Shown here one piece after another: positions 63,103 to 64,000 of a DNA stretch of 64,000 bases. The notes under the pieces are model-generated. The model saw only the letters and a program-made list of their open reading frames with translations. It made no database searches and had not been told where the DNA came from. The stretch is taken from NCBI GenBank assembly GCA_963743855.1, contig CAVURK010000006.1:36234-100233 (forward strand), given 5' to 3'. Both the position numbers and the translations under genes were made by a program. This DNA comes from an uncultured Chloroflexia bacterium (lineage in GTDB: Bacteria; Chloroflexota; Limnocylindria; Limnocylindrales; CSP1-4). The number at the start of each line of letters is the position of its first letter. The stretch's first letter is position 1.

Positions 63103-64000
63103 ATGTCCGCCGATCCCCTAGACAAGCAACTCGTGGAGGCCGTCCTGTCGCGGCCCCGCCGCGCCAAGGCGGACCTCGAAGAGGCCAAGCTCGCCGGCCT
63201 GCGTCCGTCGCGGCCCAAGGCGGGCGTCGCCATCGCCGGTGACGACGACGACGAAGACGATGACGACGATCTCGATCTCGGGGCGGAGGGCGCCGAGGAC
63301 GGCGCCGACGTCGGGATCGTGGTCGTTGCCGAAGACGGCGCGGTCGACCCGGCAGCCAAGCTGCCTGCCGACGCGCCCGCCAAGCTCGACCCAAAGGAGG
63401 TCGAGGAGCCCTCCGCCGAGGAGCTCGAGGCCATCTCGGCCGACATGATCGGGATCGACGACCCGGTCCGGATGTACCTCAAGGAGATCGGCAAGGTCGC
63501 CCTGCTGACCGCCGAGGAAGAGGTCGTCCTGGCCAAGGCCATCGAGCTCGGCGAGCAGATGGTCGAGGCGCCCTGGAAGGGGATCGTCTCGCTCCACGAG
63601 TGGACCCTCCACGACACCGAGCGCAAGACACGCACGACCAAGCCGCAGCACCGTCTGCCGTTCGGCGAGGAGGCACACGACCTCGTCAGTCGCGCGATCT
63701 CGGACAAGACGACGGCCGATCTTCTGGTCGCCTCGCCCGACTTCCACCTCATCAAGGCCGGCCGCGACGCGCAGTCGGAGGGGACGAAGGAACGGCTCAA
63801 GGAGGCCAAGAAGCTCGTCCACACCTACAACGAGGACCCATCGCCCGGCACCTTCCTGCCGCTCCTCGACTGGGCGTACCTGGCGGTCCACAACGGCGAC
63901 CTCGACTCGCGCGACAACATCGGGCTGCGCGCGATCTGGGAGTGGACGCGCGAGGACGTCGCCTTTCCCGCGCTCGAGCGCTGGATCCTCGCCGGCAACG
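63103..64000 (+). CDS. rpoD: primary RNA polymerase sigma70 factor, 5' part (runs off the window)
   Basis: Directly after dnaG with SD GGAGG; acidic N-terminus; region 1.2 DDPVRMYLKEIGKVALLTAEEEVVLAKAIE. Confidence 0.9.
   Translation, partial: MSADPLDKQLVEAVLSRPRRAKADLEEAKLAGLRPSRPKAGVAIAGDDDDEDDDDDLDLGAEGAEDGADVGIVVVAEDGAVDPAAKLPADAPAKLDPKEVEEPSAEELEAISADMIGIDDPVRMYLKEIGKVALLTAEEEVVLAKAIELGEQMVEAPWKGIVSLHEWTLHDTERKTRTTKPQHRLPFGEEAHDLVSRAISDKTTADLLVASPDFHLIKAGRDAQSEGTKERLKEAKKLVHTYNEDPSPGTFLPLLDWAYLAVHNGDLDSRDNIGLRAIWEWTREDVAFPALERWILAGN

Overview
High-GC (about 70% by eye) bacterial chromosomal segment. Gene content and style suggest Chloroflexota, possibly Limnocylindria (inference only). 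Housekeeping anchors are ridA (3' end), glmU, a CNNM/hemolysin-like gene, a polyprenyl synthase, recO, an alpha2-type glyS and ppdK on the left, and dnaG-rpoD on the right. About 44 kb of envelope, signalling and metabolic accessory genes lie between them: two OmpR-type two-component systems, an ECF sigma/anti-sigma pair, a CheB-CheR-PAS-kinase with a NarL regulator, MerR + vWA, a GGDEF protein, ABC/MMPL/MFS transporters and secreted hydrolases. About 20 genes are broken by what look like single-base insertions without in-frame stops, most likely long-read errors. I saw no tRNA, rRNA, CRISPR array, integrase or transposase. The most interesting signal is non-coding: a recurring RNA module of an anti-Shine-Dalgarno-like CU-rich tract (CUCCUCCC/UCCCC) next to a strong hairpin. 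It appears as a probable stand-alone sRNA behind a TCTCAG-N5-TCTCAG box (48826-48961), as a second candidate (54258-54376), and in the 3' UTRs of three regulator-linked operons. Many genes in the window appear leaderless, so such RNAs would act mainly on SD-led mRNAs. Several candidate operators are also visible. All RNA and operator calls are by-eye predictions.
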